The notes beneath the pieces are model-generated. The model was not told the origin of the DNA. It saw only the letters and a program-made list of their open reading frames with translations, and did not search any database. Positions 1 to 8,737 of a DNA stretch of 64,000 bases are shown here, piece after piece. The translations under genes were made by a program, and so were the position numbers. Where the stretch lies: positions 2,080,001 through 2,144,000 of the forward strand of contig OY970192.1 of assembly GCA_963708135.1 (NCBI GenBank), read 5' to 3'. The number at the start of each line of letters is the position of its first letter. Positions within the stretch are counted from its first letter, which is position 1. This DNA comes from an uncultured Gemmatimonadales bacterium (GTDB lineage Bacteria; Gemmatimonadota; Gemmatimonadetes; Longimicrobiales; RSA9).

Positions 1-379
1 TCGTCTTGCCGTTCGTCCCGGTCACACCCGCCAGCCGGAGCGCGTCCTGCGGATCGCCGTATACCAGCGCCGCGGCCGCCGCCGCGGCCCGGCGGCCGTC
101 GCGCACCTCGATCTGGGGGATCGACAGATCCTGCATCCGGCGCTCGACCAGTGCTGCCACGGCGCCGGCCGCGGCGGCCTGGCCGAGGAACGCGTGCGCG
201 TCCACCGCCGTACCGGCCCACGCACAGAACAGGTCGCCCGGACGCACATCGCGGCTGTCGGCCGTGATCCCCGTGAGACGAGCGTCCCCGGGGGAAGCCG
301 AGAGCAGGAGCGCCTCGTTGCGCAGGCGCTCGGCGAGCCGGTGCAGCGAGACCGGCGGCCGCGGGGCGCGCGGCTTCAT
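1..379 (-). CDS. murE: UDP-N-acetylmuramoyl-tripeptide synthetase MurE, N-terminal part (runs off window)
   Basis: Manual translation from ATG 379 (ATGA overlap with ftsI stop): MKPRAP...GITADSRDVRPGDLFCAW...DAHAF...AGVTGTNGKT; Mur ligase motifs and dcw position. Confidence 0.93.
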   Translation of the reverse strand, partial: MKPRAPRPPVSLHRLAERLRNEALLLSASPGDARLTGITADSRDVRPGDLFCAWAGTAVDAHAFLGQAAAAGAVAALVERRMQDLSIPQIEVRDGRRAAAAAAALVYGDPQDALRLAGVTGTNGKT

Positions 380-2382
380 TCGTCCCCCCCGCCGGCGCCC
401 CGCAGGTGGACCAGCGTACCGGACGTCGCGACCGTTCCCGCCTCCGGGTCGCTGGCCTCCACCGCTCCGGTGCCGTCCACCTGTACGCGGAACCCGTCCG
501 CGAGCAGCCGACGGGCCGCATCCCGCAGTGGCAGCCCCGTGACCGCGGGAACCGTCCGCGAGGAGGGCGCGGCCGCTCCCGCCCGACGGGCACGGCCGCC
601 GTTCAGCGCGAACACGTAGGGCCCCCCGGCCGGGGCCGCCGCGGCGGCCGCGGGTCCCGGCGCCGTCGCGGCGTCGGCGCCGCCCCGGTCGCCAGCGCGC
701 GCCGGCGTGGCGGAGCGTGCCACGGCCGCGCGGTCGAGCGGGGTGTGCCAGGCGGCGAGCGCGGCGGCCAGCGTCGCCCGCGTCACGGGCGCCGCGGCCA
801 GCCCGCCGTAGATGGCGTGCTGCGGACGATCGATCTTCACGAGAAAAACCAGTTGCGGATCCTGCACCGGGAAGAAGCCCGCGAAGGAGGCCGTGTATGC
901 ACCACGTTCGTAGTGTCCGGCGCGGAAGACCCGGGCCGTGCCGGTCTTCCCGGCCACGGGGAACGGCCCCAACCCCGCACGCGTGCCGGTGCCGTCCTCC
1001 ACGACCTCCGCCAGCACCTCGCGCAGCGATGCGGCGATGCGCGCGGGAATCACCCGCCGCACCTCGCGCGCCCCGAAGGCCTCGATGGTGCGCCCGTCCC
1101 GGGAGCGCACTTCGCGTACCAGCCGCGGCTCCATCAGCATCCCGCCGTTGGCGATGGCGCCATAGGCCAGCGCCATCTGGAGCGGCGTGACGCCCACCTC
1201 GTAGCCGATCGCAAGGCTTCCCTGCGAGTAGCGGGACCAGCGCGACGGCGGCCGCAGCGTGCCGGTGGACTCGGAGGGGTAGCGTACGCCCGTGGGAGAA
1301 CCGAAGCCGAAGTCTCGCAGGTAGCGGTACTGCTGCTCCGGGTCGAGGCGGCTCGACATCTTCACCATCGAGATGTTCGACGAGACCCGGAGCGCGTCGC
1401 GCAGCGTCAGCCAGCCGTTCGGCTCGACGTCCGACACCGTGCGGCCTGCATAGGTGTAGCGTCCCTCCTCGGCGTACACACGATCCGCGAGGGTCGCCCG
1501 GTGCGTCGCGAGCAGCGTCGCCACCAGGAACGGCTTGAACGTCGAGCCAGGCTCGTACGTGTCGGTGGCCGCGCGCCAGTGCGTGGCCCCGGCGCTCCGC
1601 AGGCTGACTGCCGCCAGGATCTCGCCCGTGTACGGGTCCGCCATGATCAGGTCGCCGCCCGCCGCGCCGGTGCTGTCCACCGCCTGCGCCAGCGCCTCCC
1701 GCGCAATGTCCTGGAGGCCCGCGTCGATCGTGAGATAGAGGTCGTTGCCGGGGACCGGCTGTACGGCGCTCAGCATCGCGCCCGGGATCGTCCGCCCGTG
1801 CGCGTCGCGGCGCACCACGGCGTAGCCCGGCGTGCCCGAGAGCAGCGAGTCGAACTCGAGCTCCAGCCCGCCGAGCGCCTTCCCGTCCGCCGTGACGGGC
1901 CCGATCAGGTCCCGCGCCAGCGGGCCGTGCGGGTAGAAGCGCCGGACCACGCCCTCGAAGTAGACGCCCCTCAGCCCTTCCAGCCGCCCTTTCGCCGCGG
2001 CGTCGTAGAGGCCGGGCAGCACCACCCAGCGGGGCCGCCGGTCGATCGCGCGCCGGACCTCCGCCACGCCCAGATTCAGCGCCGCCCGCAGCCGCGCCTC
2101 CGCCGACGCGCGGTCCCTCAGCTCCCGCGGCGCCACGGCCACCCGGAACGCCTCCGCGCTCGCCGCCAGCGGCACGCCGTTGCGGTCGTACACCGTGCCG
2201 CGCGGCGCCGGAAGCACCATGCGGTCCGCGTGCTCGTCCTCTGCACGGCCGCGCCACAGCGTGGAATCGAGCGCCTGGAGCTGGAAGGAACGCACCAGCA
2301 CGGCCACGCCCGCCAGCAGGACTCCCGCCAGCAGCAGGCGCCGCCGCGCTCCGTGCCTCGGCCCCTTCGGCGCCTTCCTCAC
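376..2382 (-). CDS. ftsI: Penicillin-binding protein 3 (septal transpeptidase) with C-terminal PASTA domain
   Basis: EPGSTFKP (SxxK), SSN, GKTGTA motifs; RGTVYDRNG; C-terminal VPAVTGLPLRDA PASTA-like. Confidence 0.96.
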   Translation of the reverse strand: MRKAPKGPRHGARRRLLLAGVLLAGVAVLVRSFQLQALDSTLWRGRAEDEHADRMVLPAPRGTVYDRNGVPLAASAEAFRVAVAPRELRDRASAEARLRAALNLGVAEVRRAIDRRPRWVVLPGLYDAAAKGRLEGLRGVYFEGVVRRFYPHGPLARDLIGPVTADGKALGGLELEFDSLLSGTPGYAVVRRDAHGRTIPGAMLSAVQPVPGNDLYLTIDAGLQDIAREALAQAVDSTGAAGGDLIMADPYTGEILAAVSLRSAGATHWRAATDTYEPGSTFKPFLVATLLATHRATLADRVYAEEGRYTYAGRTVSDVEPNGWLTLRDALRVSSNISMVKMSSRLDPEQQYRYLRDFGFGSPTGVRYPSESTGTLRPPSRWSRYSQGSLAIGYEVGVTPLQMALAYGAIANGGMLMEPRLVREVRSRDGRTIEAFGAREVRRVIPARIAASLREVLAEVVEDGTGTRAGLGPFPVAGKTGTARVFRAGHYERGAYTASFAGFFPVQDPQLVFLVKIDRPQHAIYGGLAAAPVTRATLAAALAAWHTPLDRAAVARSATPARAGDRGGADAATAPGPAAAAAAPAGGPYVFALNGGRARRAGAAAPSSRTVPAVTGLPLRDAARRLLADGFRVQVDGTGAVEASDPEAGTVATSGTLVHLRGAGGGDE

Positions 2383-2666
2383 CGCGCACCCGAGTCCGGC
2401 AGGATCACGATCTCGGCGCCGGACGGAACTCGCATTCCCATGCGCGTGCCCGCTACCGCCACGACCCGCTCGCGGCCTTCCAGCCGCTGGATCCGCTGCT
2501 GCTGCTCCGCCCGCTCCGCCTCCACCACCGCCACGGCCGTCCGCGCGCGGTCCAGCGCCCGAAGCGCGACCAGCGCCCGGCTCTGGCGGTACACCACCAG
2601 GCTCAGCGCCAGGAGCAGCACCGCGAACGCCATCGCGAGACGGATCACGCCCGAGCCCCGTCGCAT
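2379..2666 (-). CDS. ftsL: Cell division protein FtsL-like
   Basis: Short single-TM plus coiled-coil protein between rsmH and ftsI; start ATG 2666 or GTG 2669. Confidence 0.8.
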   Translation of the reverse strand: MRRGSGVIRLAMAFAVLLLALSLVVYRQSRALVALRALDRARTAVAVVEAERAEQQQRIQRLEGRERVVAVAGTRMGMRVPSGAEIVILPDSGAR

Positions 2667-3601
2667 CACGCGGCCCTCCGCCAGGCGCGCAACCGGACGC
2701 TCCGCGCCCGCGGGTTCGCCGCGACCTCGGCCTCCGACGCGAAAACCGGCTTTCGCGTCAGCGTCGTGCCCAGAGGAACCCCCCTGCACCGACACACGGG
2801 CAGCTCCGGCGGACAGACGCAGGCGCGACTCCACTCCCGGAACGCCTCCTTGACGCGCCGGTCCTCCAGAGAATGGTAGGAGAGCACCACGAGGACGCCC
2901 GCTCCCGGCGTCAGGAGGTCCCGCAAGGCCGGCAGCGCACGCTCCAGCGCATCCAGCTCTCCATTGACTGCGATACGGAGAGCCTGGAAGATCCGGGCGC
3001 GGTCCTGCGCGTCCAGCCGCGGCCCCAGCGCCCGCGCCATTGCGGACACCAGGTCGTCACTCGTGGTAAAGCGAGAGATCTCACGCCGGCGAACCACCTC
3101 TCGCGCAAGGCGACGCGAGCGCCGCTCCTCGCCATAGCGGTAGAAGAGGTCCGCCAGCTCCGATTCCGGTAACTCGTTCAGCAGATCGGCGGCCGTCGCA
3201 GCCCCGCCCGCCTCGCCGCCCATCCGCATGTCCAGAGGCGTGCCGGGCCGGAAGGAGAAGCCACGCCCCGCCTCATCGATCTGATGCGACGAGATCCCGA
3301 GATCCAGCAACGCCCCGGCCAGAGGCTCGCCTGGCGACGCCGCTCCGTCCGCGAAATTCGCGCGCACCAGCCGCACACGATCCCCGTATCCCGCTAGCCG
3401 CCGCTTCGCCACCTCGAGCGCCTCCGGATCCTGGTCCACACCGATCACGCGAGCCGCCGACCCCGCCTCGAGAATCGCCGCGCTGTGCCCTCCCCCGCCC
3501 ACCGTACCGTCGAAGTACAGCCCGCCCCGCTCCGGCTCGAGGTACTCCAGAACCTCCCGTGTCAGCACGGGAACGTGGTAGGTCCCGTCCTCGTCTTCCA
3601 C
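2666..3601 (-). CDS. rsmH: 16S rRNA m4C1402 methyltransferase RsmH (MraW)
   Basis: HVPVL, DGTVGGGGHS, DLGISSHQID, PLDMRM, SYHSLEDR, NPRARS motifs. Confidence 0.97.
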   Translation of the reverse strand: MEDEDGTYHVPVLTREVLEYLEPERGGLYFDGTVGGGGHSAAILEAGSAARVIGVDQDPEALEVAKRRLAGYGDRVRLVRANFADGAASPGEPLAGALLDLGISSHQIDEAGRGFSFRPGTPLDMRMGGEAGGAATAADLLNELPESELADLFYRYGEERRSRRLAREVVRRREISRFTTSDDLVSAMARALGPRLDAQDRARIFQALRIAVNGELDALERALPALRDLLTPGAGVLVVLSYHSLEDRRVKEAFREWSRACVCPPELPVCRCRGVPLGTTLTRKPVFASEAEVAANPRARSVRLRAWRRAA

Positions 3602-3603
3602 GC

Positions 3604-4095
3604 TCAGCGGAAGATTTGCGGCGCGAACTGGGAGAACCGCTCCGCTTCCTTCCGGACCGAGTCCTCGAACCGCGCCGGGTTCCAGATCTCGATCTTGTCG
3701 ATCGCGCCCACCAGCATCGCCTGCCCGTCCAGCCCGGCCGCCTCCTGCAGCTTCGTCGGAATCAGAATCCGACCCTGCCCATCAGGCGTCACCTCCACCG
3801 CGTTCGCCATCATCGATAGCACGAACAGCCGCGCCTCGGGCTGATGCCGGACCAACTCCGTCATCCGCTCTTCCACACCGGCCCATTCCGACGCCGGATA
3901 CAGCGCCAGCGACGGCGAGTACGCCTGGATCAGCACGAACCGCGGCGCGGCCGTCCCACGACGAAAGGCGGCCGGAAGACTCACCCGCCCCTTCTCATCG
4001 AGCTGGAACAGGTAGCTGCCCAGGAACCGCAGCGCCGTCCCGGCGGCTTCCGCCGCCTGCTCAGCGTCTATGCTGGATCCGGTCTTCTTCGGCAT
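3604..4095 (-). CDS. mraZ: Division/cell wall cluster repressor MraZ
   Basis: LDEKGRVSLPA and DGQGRILIP repeats, IEIW; ATG 4095 preferred because the longer ORF start lies within the MraZ boxes. Confidence 0.95.
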   Translation of the reverse strand: MPKKTGSSIDAEQAAEAAGTALRFLGSYLFQLDEKGRVSLPAAFRRGTAAPRFVLIQAYSPSLALYPASEWAGVEERMTELVRHQPEARLFVLSMMANAVEVTPDGQGRILIPTKLQEAAGLDGQAMLVGAIDKIEIWNPARFEDSVRKEAERFSQFAPQIFR

Positions 4096-4115
4096 GGGCT
4101 CGGACTGGATGGTGT

Positions 4116-4151
4116 CCCCACTGCCCCCCACTTCTCCCCACTTGCCGCCAC
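4116..4151 (-). promoter_or_regulatory. MraZ binding boxes (GTGGG-type repeats at 10-bp period)
   Basis: Plus strand CCCCAC at 4116, 4126, 4136 and CGCCAC at 4146; matches known TGGGN direct-repeat MraZ operator. Confidence 0.85.
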
Positions 4152-4152
4152 C

Positions 4153-4181
4153 AACCTACCCCGGGCACCAGAGGACGTCAA
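4153..4181 (-). promoter_or_regulatory. sigma70-type dcw promoter
   Basis: Minus strand TTGACG-N17-TAGGTT immediately upstream of the MraZ boxes. Confidence 0.7.
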
Positions 4182-4336
4182 GAGTTTCCTGCGCCCACGC
4201 GTGAACCGCACATCCGGCGCCGCTCCGAAGCCATCTCAGCGGAAGCGAGGCAAGCGGGTGCGGGTCAGGAACTTGCACGGCGGAGCGGAAGCCAGGCTTC
4301 AGGTCTGCTGGGGATTTCCGTCGAGAGGAGAGTGCT

Positions 4337-5221
4337 GTGGGGCTGAGGATCGGTCTGATCATCCGGCCGCGGGAGGAGGACCCGCGCATGGCCGGGGCGC
4401 GCGAGGCCGTGGCGCAGCTGCGCGCGGCGGGGCACGACGTGCGGCCGCGGCTGACGTTCGAGAGGGAGGATGCGGTGAGGTTCGCGCGCGAGGCGGCGCG
4501 GGCCCGCTGCGACCTCGTGATCGCGGCGGGCGGCGACGGGACGGTCAACGAGGTCGTGAACGGGATTGCGGCGTCACACTGGCAGCCGCGGCTGGGGATC
4601 ATCCCGCTCGGGACGGCGAACGACTTCGCGGCCGGGGTCGCTCTTCCGAGCGCCATTCCCGACGCGGTCGCCATCGCGCTGGAGGGCAGGGCGGTCGCCG
4701 TGGACGTGGCCCGTGTGAATCGCCGCTACTTCATCAATGTCTCGACGGGCGGCTTCGGCGCGGAGGCGACGGAGCAGGCGCCGGCGGACGCCAAGCGGCG
4801 CCTGGGCGCGCTGGCCTATCTGGTCTCGGGCGCGAAGCAGTTCCTCGGGCTGCGCCCGACCAAGGGCCGGTTCGTGGTGGACGGCCGGGAGCTGCACTCC
4901 GGCCGCTTCCTGCTGTTCGCCGTCGGCAACGCCCGGCGCACGGGAGGCGGCACGCTGCTGACCCCGCGGGCGCAGCTCGGAGATGGGGAGCTGGACGTCG
5001 TGGTGGTGCCGGGCCTGTCCCGGCTGGAGTTCCTGTCCCTGCTGCCCGACCTGCGCGCGGGGACCCACCTGGCCAGCCCGGACGTCCTGTACGTGCGGAC
5101 GTCCGACCTGCTCGTCGAATGCGAGGAGTCGATCCGCGTGAACGCGGACGGCGAGTCGGTCCCGGGGAATCGGTTCCGGTACCGGGTCGCCCGGCGGCCC
5201 CTTTCCGTGATGCTCCCGTAG
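4337..5221 (+). CDS. YegS/diacylglycerol kinase family lipid kinase
   Basis: AAGGDGTVNEV, PLGTANDFA, GNARRTGGG, NADGE motifs. Confidence 0.92.
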   Translation: MGLRIGLIIRPREEDPRMAGAREAVAQLRAAGHDVRPRLTFEREDAVRFAREAARARCDLVIAAGGDGTVNEVVNGIAASHWQPRLGIIPLGTANDFAAGVALPSAIPDAVAIALEGRAVAVDVARVNRRYFINVSTGGFGAEATEQAPADAKRRLGALAYLVSGAKQFLGLRPTKGRFVVDGRELHSGRFLLFAVGNARRTGGGTLLTPRAQLGDGELDVVVVPGLSRLEFLSLLPDLRAGTHLASPDVLYVRTSDLLVECEESIRVNADGESVPGNRFRYRVARRPLSVMLP

Positions 5222-5317
5222 CCCGCGCCGACGGGCAGGCCACGGGAGGCGCCCGATGCACGACGGCCGCCCTCCCCTTCCCCGGGGACGGCGGCCGTCG
5301 AACGAAAGCGCCGGCGC

Positions 5318-7093
5318 TCAGTGCCGTGAGGCGGCCTTCGCCTTGTTCACGGCGTCGATGAACTTGTGGGAGTAGCCCACCATCTGGTTGAGCTGTGAGC
5401 GGATCCCCGGTTGGGCCTGGGCGTACGCGTCGGCCTGGTTGAAGTACGTGAGCGCCTTCTCGAAATCCGGCTCCGCCTTCCTGGCGGCCGCGGCGGTGCC
5501 CGGCTTGGCCAGGGCGATGCCGCGCTGGTAGTAGACGAGGCCGATCCAGAAGTTGGCCATCGCCTTGGTCTCGGGGCTCTCGGCCAGGTCGCGGGTGGCG
5601 GCGAAGTACTCGAGCGCCGCATCCTTGTCGCCCTTCTGGTACTTGTCGTTGTAGCCGATCCCGAACAGCAGGTTCGCCGCGACGTCCGCCTTCAGCTTGC
5701 CGCGGCTGATCGCCTGCTGGAACGCCGCCTTGGCCGCGCTGAGCTGTCCCCGCTGGGCCAGCCACTGCCCGCGCTTGGCGAACAACGGGTACTCGTTGTT
5801 CTTGTCGTACGCCTGCGCGGAGTCGAGCGCTGCGAGCGCCTGGTCGTACTGCCCCGTCGCGTTGAGCGCATCGGCGTAGGCGGACCAGATCAGCGGCATG
5901 CCGGGCTTCGCCTTTACGAGCTTGGCGCCGATCGTGGCGGCCTGCTGCGACTGGCCCTCCAGGTTCATGATCAGCAGCATGTTGCCGAGCACCGACGGAG
6001 CCGTTGCCGTGTCCTGCTGCTGATACAGCTGCATGTAGGCCGCGAGCGCCCTCTGATAGAGCGAGTCCACGTGCGCCGAGCGCCCGGCCGTGTCGGCCTT
6101 GGTCGTGTCCGCCTTCTGCGCCGCCTGCAGGGCCCAGTGCCCCTCGAACGTCAGCAGGTCCGGATTCACCCTGTTCAGCGAGTCGGGCTTGAGGCCCGGC
6201 GCGAGGATCGCGAGTGCGGCCTCGAAGTCTCCGGCCTTGGCCGCCTCGTTCGCGACGTTGATCCGTACGTTGGCGTCCCCCGGGTTCAGCTCCAGGTACT
6301 GGTTGAAGTACTGCAGCGACTCAGCGGAGTTGCCCAGCTTGGCCGCCACGATCCCCGCCAGCCGCAGGGCGTCCTGATGCGCCGGGTTCAGCTGGATCAC
6401 CTTCTTGAGCGCCTCCATGGACTGCTGCAGCGAGTCCATCTCCTCCAGCGCGCGGGCCTTGCCGTACAACGCAGTCGCCGACTTCGCGTTGATCTCGAGC
6501 GCCTTGTCGCACGCCTCACGCGCGTTCGACCACTGCTGGCTGCCCAGGTAGTCGCTGCAGAACGCCGTCTGCTGAAGCTGGTTCACGTAGGTCTTGAACG
6601 CCGTGAAGATCGACTGCGCCGCCTGCTCCGGCTTCGACGCCGTGAACGCCGGAACCTCGAACGTCTCGCCGTTCTTCGCACCCACGAACTGCGCCGTCAC
6701 CTGCATGACGTCGCCACCGGCTGGCTTGTACTCGCCGCACATCACGAGCTCGGCGTTGATCTGCACCGCCAGCTGGCGCGACTTGATGCAGTCGAGATCC
6801 TCTTCCTTTAGCTTGTATTTGCGCAGGTTGTCCTTCAGCTCATCCTTCGAGACCGCCTGGTGCCGCGGCATCTGCTCGATGAGCTTGCGCATGTCGTCGG
6901 CGACGTCCTTGCCGAAGCCGTCATCGACGTCCTTGGGATGGTCGAGGTTCGGAACCAGCACCCGGTAGCGCTGGCCCGACTGCTGCGCCGGCTGCTGGGC
7001 CGCCGCCGGCGAGGCCACGGTCCACGCGCCCGCGACCGCCAGCCCGAGCGTGAGGGCCATGCTCAGCCGCTGGTTCATGCGCATTCGCTGCAT
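5318..7093 (-). CDS. Exported tetratricopeptide repeat protein
   Basis: Signal peptide (..VASPAAAQQ), multiple TPR-like helical repeats; GGAG before ATG 7093. Confidence 0.85.
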   Translation of the reverse strand: MQRMRMNQRLSMALTLGLAVAGAWTVASPAAAQQPAQQSGQRYRVLVPNLDHPKDVDDGFGKDVADDMRKLIEQMPRHQAVSKDELKDNLRKYKLKEEDLDCIKSRQLAVQINAELVMCGEYKPAGGDVMQVTAQFVGAKNGETFEVPAFTASKPEQAAQSIFTAFKTYVNQLQQTAFCSDYLGSQQWSNAREACDKALEINAKSATALYGKARALEEMDSLQQSMEALKKVIQLNPAHQDALRLAGIVAAKLGNSAESLQYFNQYLELNPGDANVRINVANEAAKAGDFEAALAILAPGLKPDSLNRVNPDLLTFEGHWALQAAQKADTTKADTAGRSAHVDSLYQRALAAYMQLYQQQDTATAPSVLGNMLLIMNLEGQSQQAATIGAKLVKAKPGMPLIWSAYADALNATGQYDQALAALDSAQAYDKNNEYPLFAKRGQWLAQRGQLSAAKAAFQQAISRGKLKADVAANLLFGIGYNDKYQKGDKDAALEYFAATRDLAESPETKAMANFWIGLVYYQRGIALAKPGTAAAARKAEPDFEKALTYFNQADAYAQAQPGIRSQLNQMVGYSHKFIDAVNKAKAASRH

Positions 7094-7294
7094 CTCCGCG
7101 GTCTCCACTCGAAGAATGAACACTCCCGGCGGCTCCCGCCGCCGCTCCTGAACTGCTAACCCGAACGCACGAAAAAAGTTCGCTCCCTCGGGCCGTGCCG
7201 CAGGAACGCAACTCCGGGTCATCGGTTGACTTCGTGCGGATTCAGGGGACCGTCCCGGGAGACGGACCTGGGGGACCGTCCAAAAAGCCGGACC

Positions 7295-7323
7295 ATTGTA
7301 TCCGCTCCCGCGTACGCGCGCAA
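7295..7323 (-). promoter_or_regulatory. sigma70-type promoter for the TPR gene
   Basis: Minus strand TTGCGC-N17-TACAAT. Confidence 0.6.
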
Positions 7324-7428
7324 GCCTCACGCCACCGGCCGGCGAATCGGGAACGTCGCTTGCACATCAGGGGCCAGGGAAGAGTCCTAGGACGGCGCAG
7401 CAGCGCCGTCCCCGCCGTGGAGGCCGAG

Positions 7429-7942
7429 ATGTCTGAGCGAACCGGGAGAACGACCGGCGCGAGGGGCCGGGCTGGAGCCCTCGAGGCGCTGGAGCGATAT
7501 CGCGCAGAGGCGGGAGGCGGCGGCGCGGACTGCCTGCTGAGAAGCGCACGGGCGGTCGGGCGTGGGGCCGAGCCGCCCCGGCGCCGGGCCGAGCTCGTCG
7601 AGCGGGCCATGCGTGAGAGCGGCCTGGCGTGGCAGGCGGCGGAGGCGCTCTACGCGCTCGCGCTCGAGGAGGAAATCGAGCCGGGCTTCGCCTTCGAGCT
7701 CGTGCGCTGCGGCGTCGGCGTCCGCCCGCCGGAGGAGCCCGAGGCGGCACCGGAGCGCTCGGTCGAAGAAACGCCGGAGTGGGTGGAAAGCTCCCGTCCC
7801 CGGCCCGAGGAGGCGGCGTGGGAGAGGCGGGCGCGGGCGAGCTTTCGGCGGCTCAGGCATCTCGCTCGAGGCGCACGCCACGCCGGAGGCCGCGCTGGCC
7901 GCGTACGCGGAGGAGCCGGACCTCGAGGAGACGGGCTACTGA
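7429..7942 (+). CDS. Hypothetical acidic protein with +1 frameshift near 7864
   Basis: ATG 7429 after GGAGG; frame reads ..SFRRLRHL then continues in another frame LEAHATPEAALAAYAEEPDLEETGY-stop. Confidence 0.6.
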
Positions 7943-7956
7943 CCGCCGCTCGCCCC

Positions 7957-8730
7957 TCAGCCGTCGAGGCGGCCCAGGAGGCGCAGCAGGGCGTCGAGGA
8001 TGGTGAGCGGGTGGGGGGGAAAGCCCGGGATCCAGAGATCCACCGGCAGGATGTCGTTCACACCGCCCCAGGTCTCGCTCGACTCCCTCCACGGCCCGCC
8101 GGAGATTGCATCGGCCCCGAGCGCGATGACGAGCTTCGGCGCGGGAATCGCGGCCCAGGTCCGCTCCAGCGCGGCGCGCATGTTCCGCGGCACCGGTCCG
8201 GTGACCACCAGCCCGTCGGCATGCCGCGGCGAGGCGACGATCTGGATGCCGAAACGGCCGAGATCGTAGACGATCGTGGAGAGCACGTTCACCTCGGCCT
8301 GATCGGCGCCCGCGTCACCGGCGGACACGTGCCGCAGGCGGAGCGAGCGGCCGAAGAGGCGGCGTGCCCGCGTTTCCAGCGCCGCCGCGCGCCGGTACGG
8401 CTCCCCTTCCACCACCACCAGGTCCTCCCCTCTCCCCGCCGCGAGGCGGTGGTCGCGCGTGAAGCGCACGGCGCCTCCGGGGCACGCTTCCTCGCAGGCT
8501 CCGCAGAACAGGCAGCGACCCAGGTCGAGGCGGAGCTTCCCCCCGCTCTGATCGAGTGCCTCCGTCGGGCAGGCCTCAATGCACGAGCTGCAGTCGTCAC
8601 CGCAGCGCGAGCCATCGAGAACGGGAAGTCCCCGGAACCGCCCCGGCAGCCCGGGCGCGTCGGGCCGGTCCACGGGCGGATCGATCGTGGGAGTACCCTG
8701 CCTCACCCGGTTCCTCAGGATCTCCAGCAT
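7957..8730 (-). CDS. Ehr small subunit: 2x[4Fe-4S] ferredoxin fused to NuoB/HycG-like domain lacking its cluster cysteines
   Basis: CGDDCSSCIEACP and CLFCGACEEACP; ASPRHADGLVVTGPV, VDLWIPGFPPHP. Confidence 0.88.
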   Translation of the reverse strand: MLEILRNRVRQGTPTIDPPVDRPDAPGLPGRFRGLPVLDGSRCGDDCSSCIEACPTEALDQSGGKLRLDLGRCLFCGACEEACPGGAVRFTRDHRLAAGRGEDLVVVEGEPYRRAAALETRARRLFGRSLRLRHVSAGDAGADQAEVNVLSTIVYDLGRFGIQIVASPRHADGLVVTGPVPRNMRAALERTWAAIPAPKLVIALGADAISGGPWRESSETWGGVNDILPVDLWIPGFPPHPLTILDALLRLLGRLDG

Positions 8731-8737
8731 CCCCGCC

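Noticed and set aside
406..2853. 815-aa plus-strand ORF
   Set aside because: Antisense shadow of ftsI; Arg/Gly-rich with no motifs, typical of high-GC DNA
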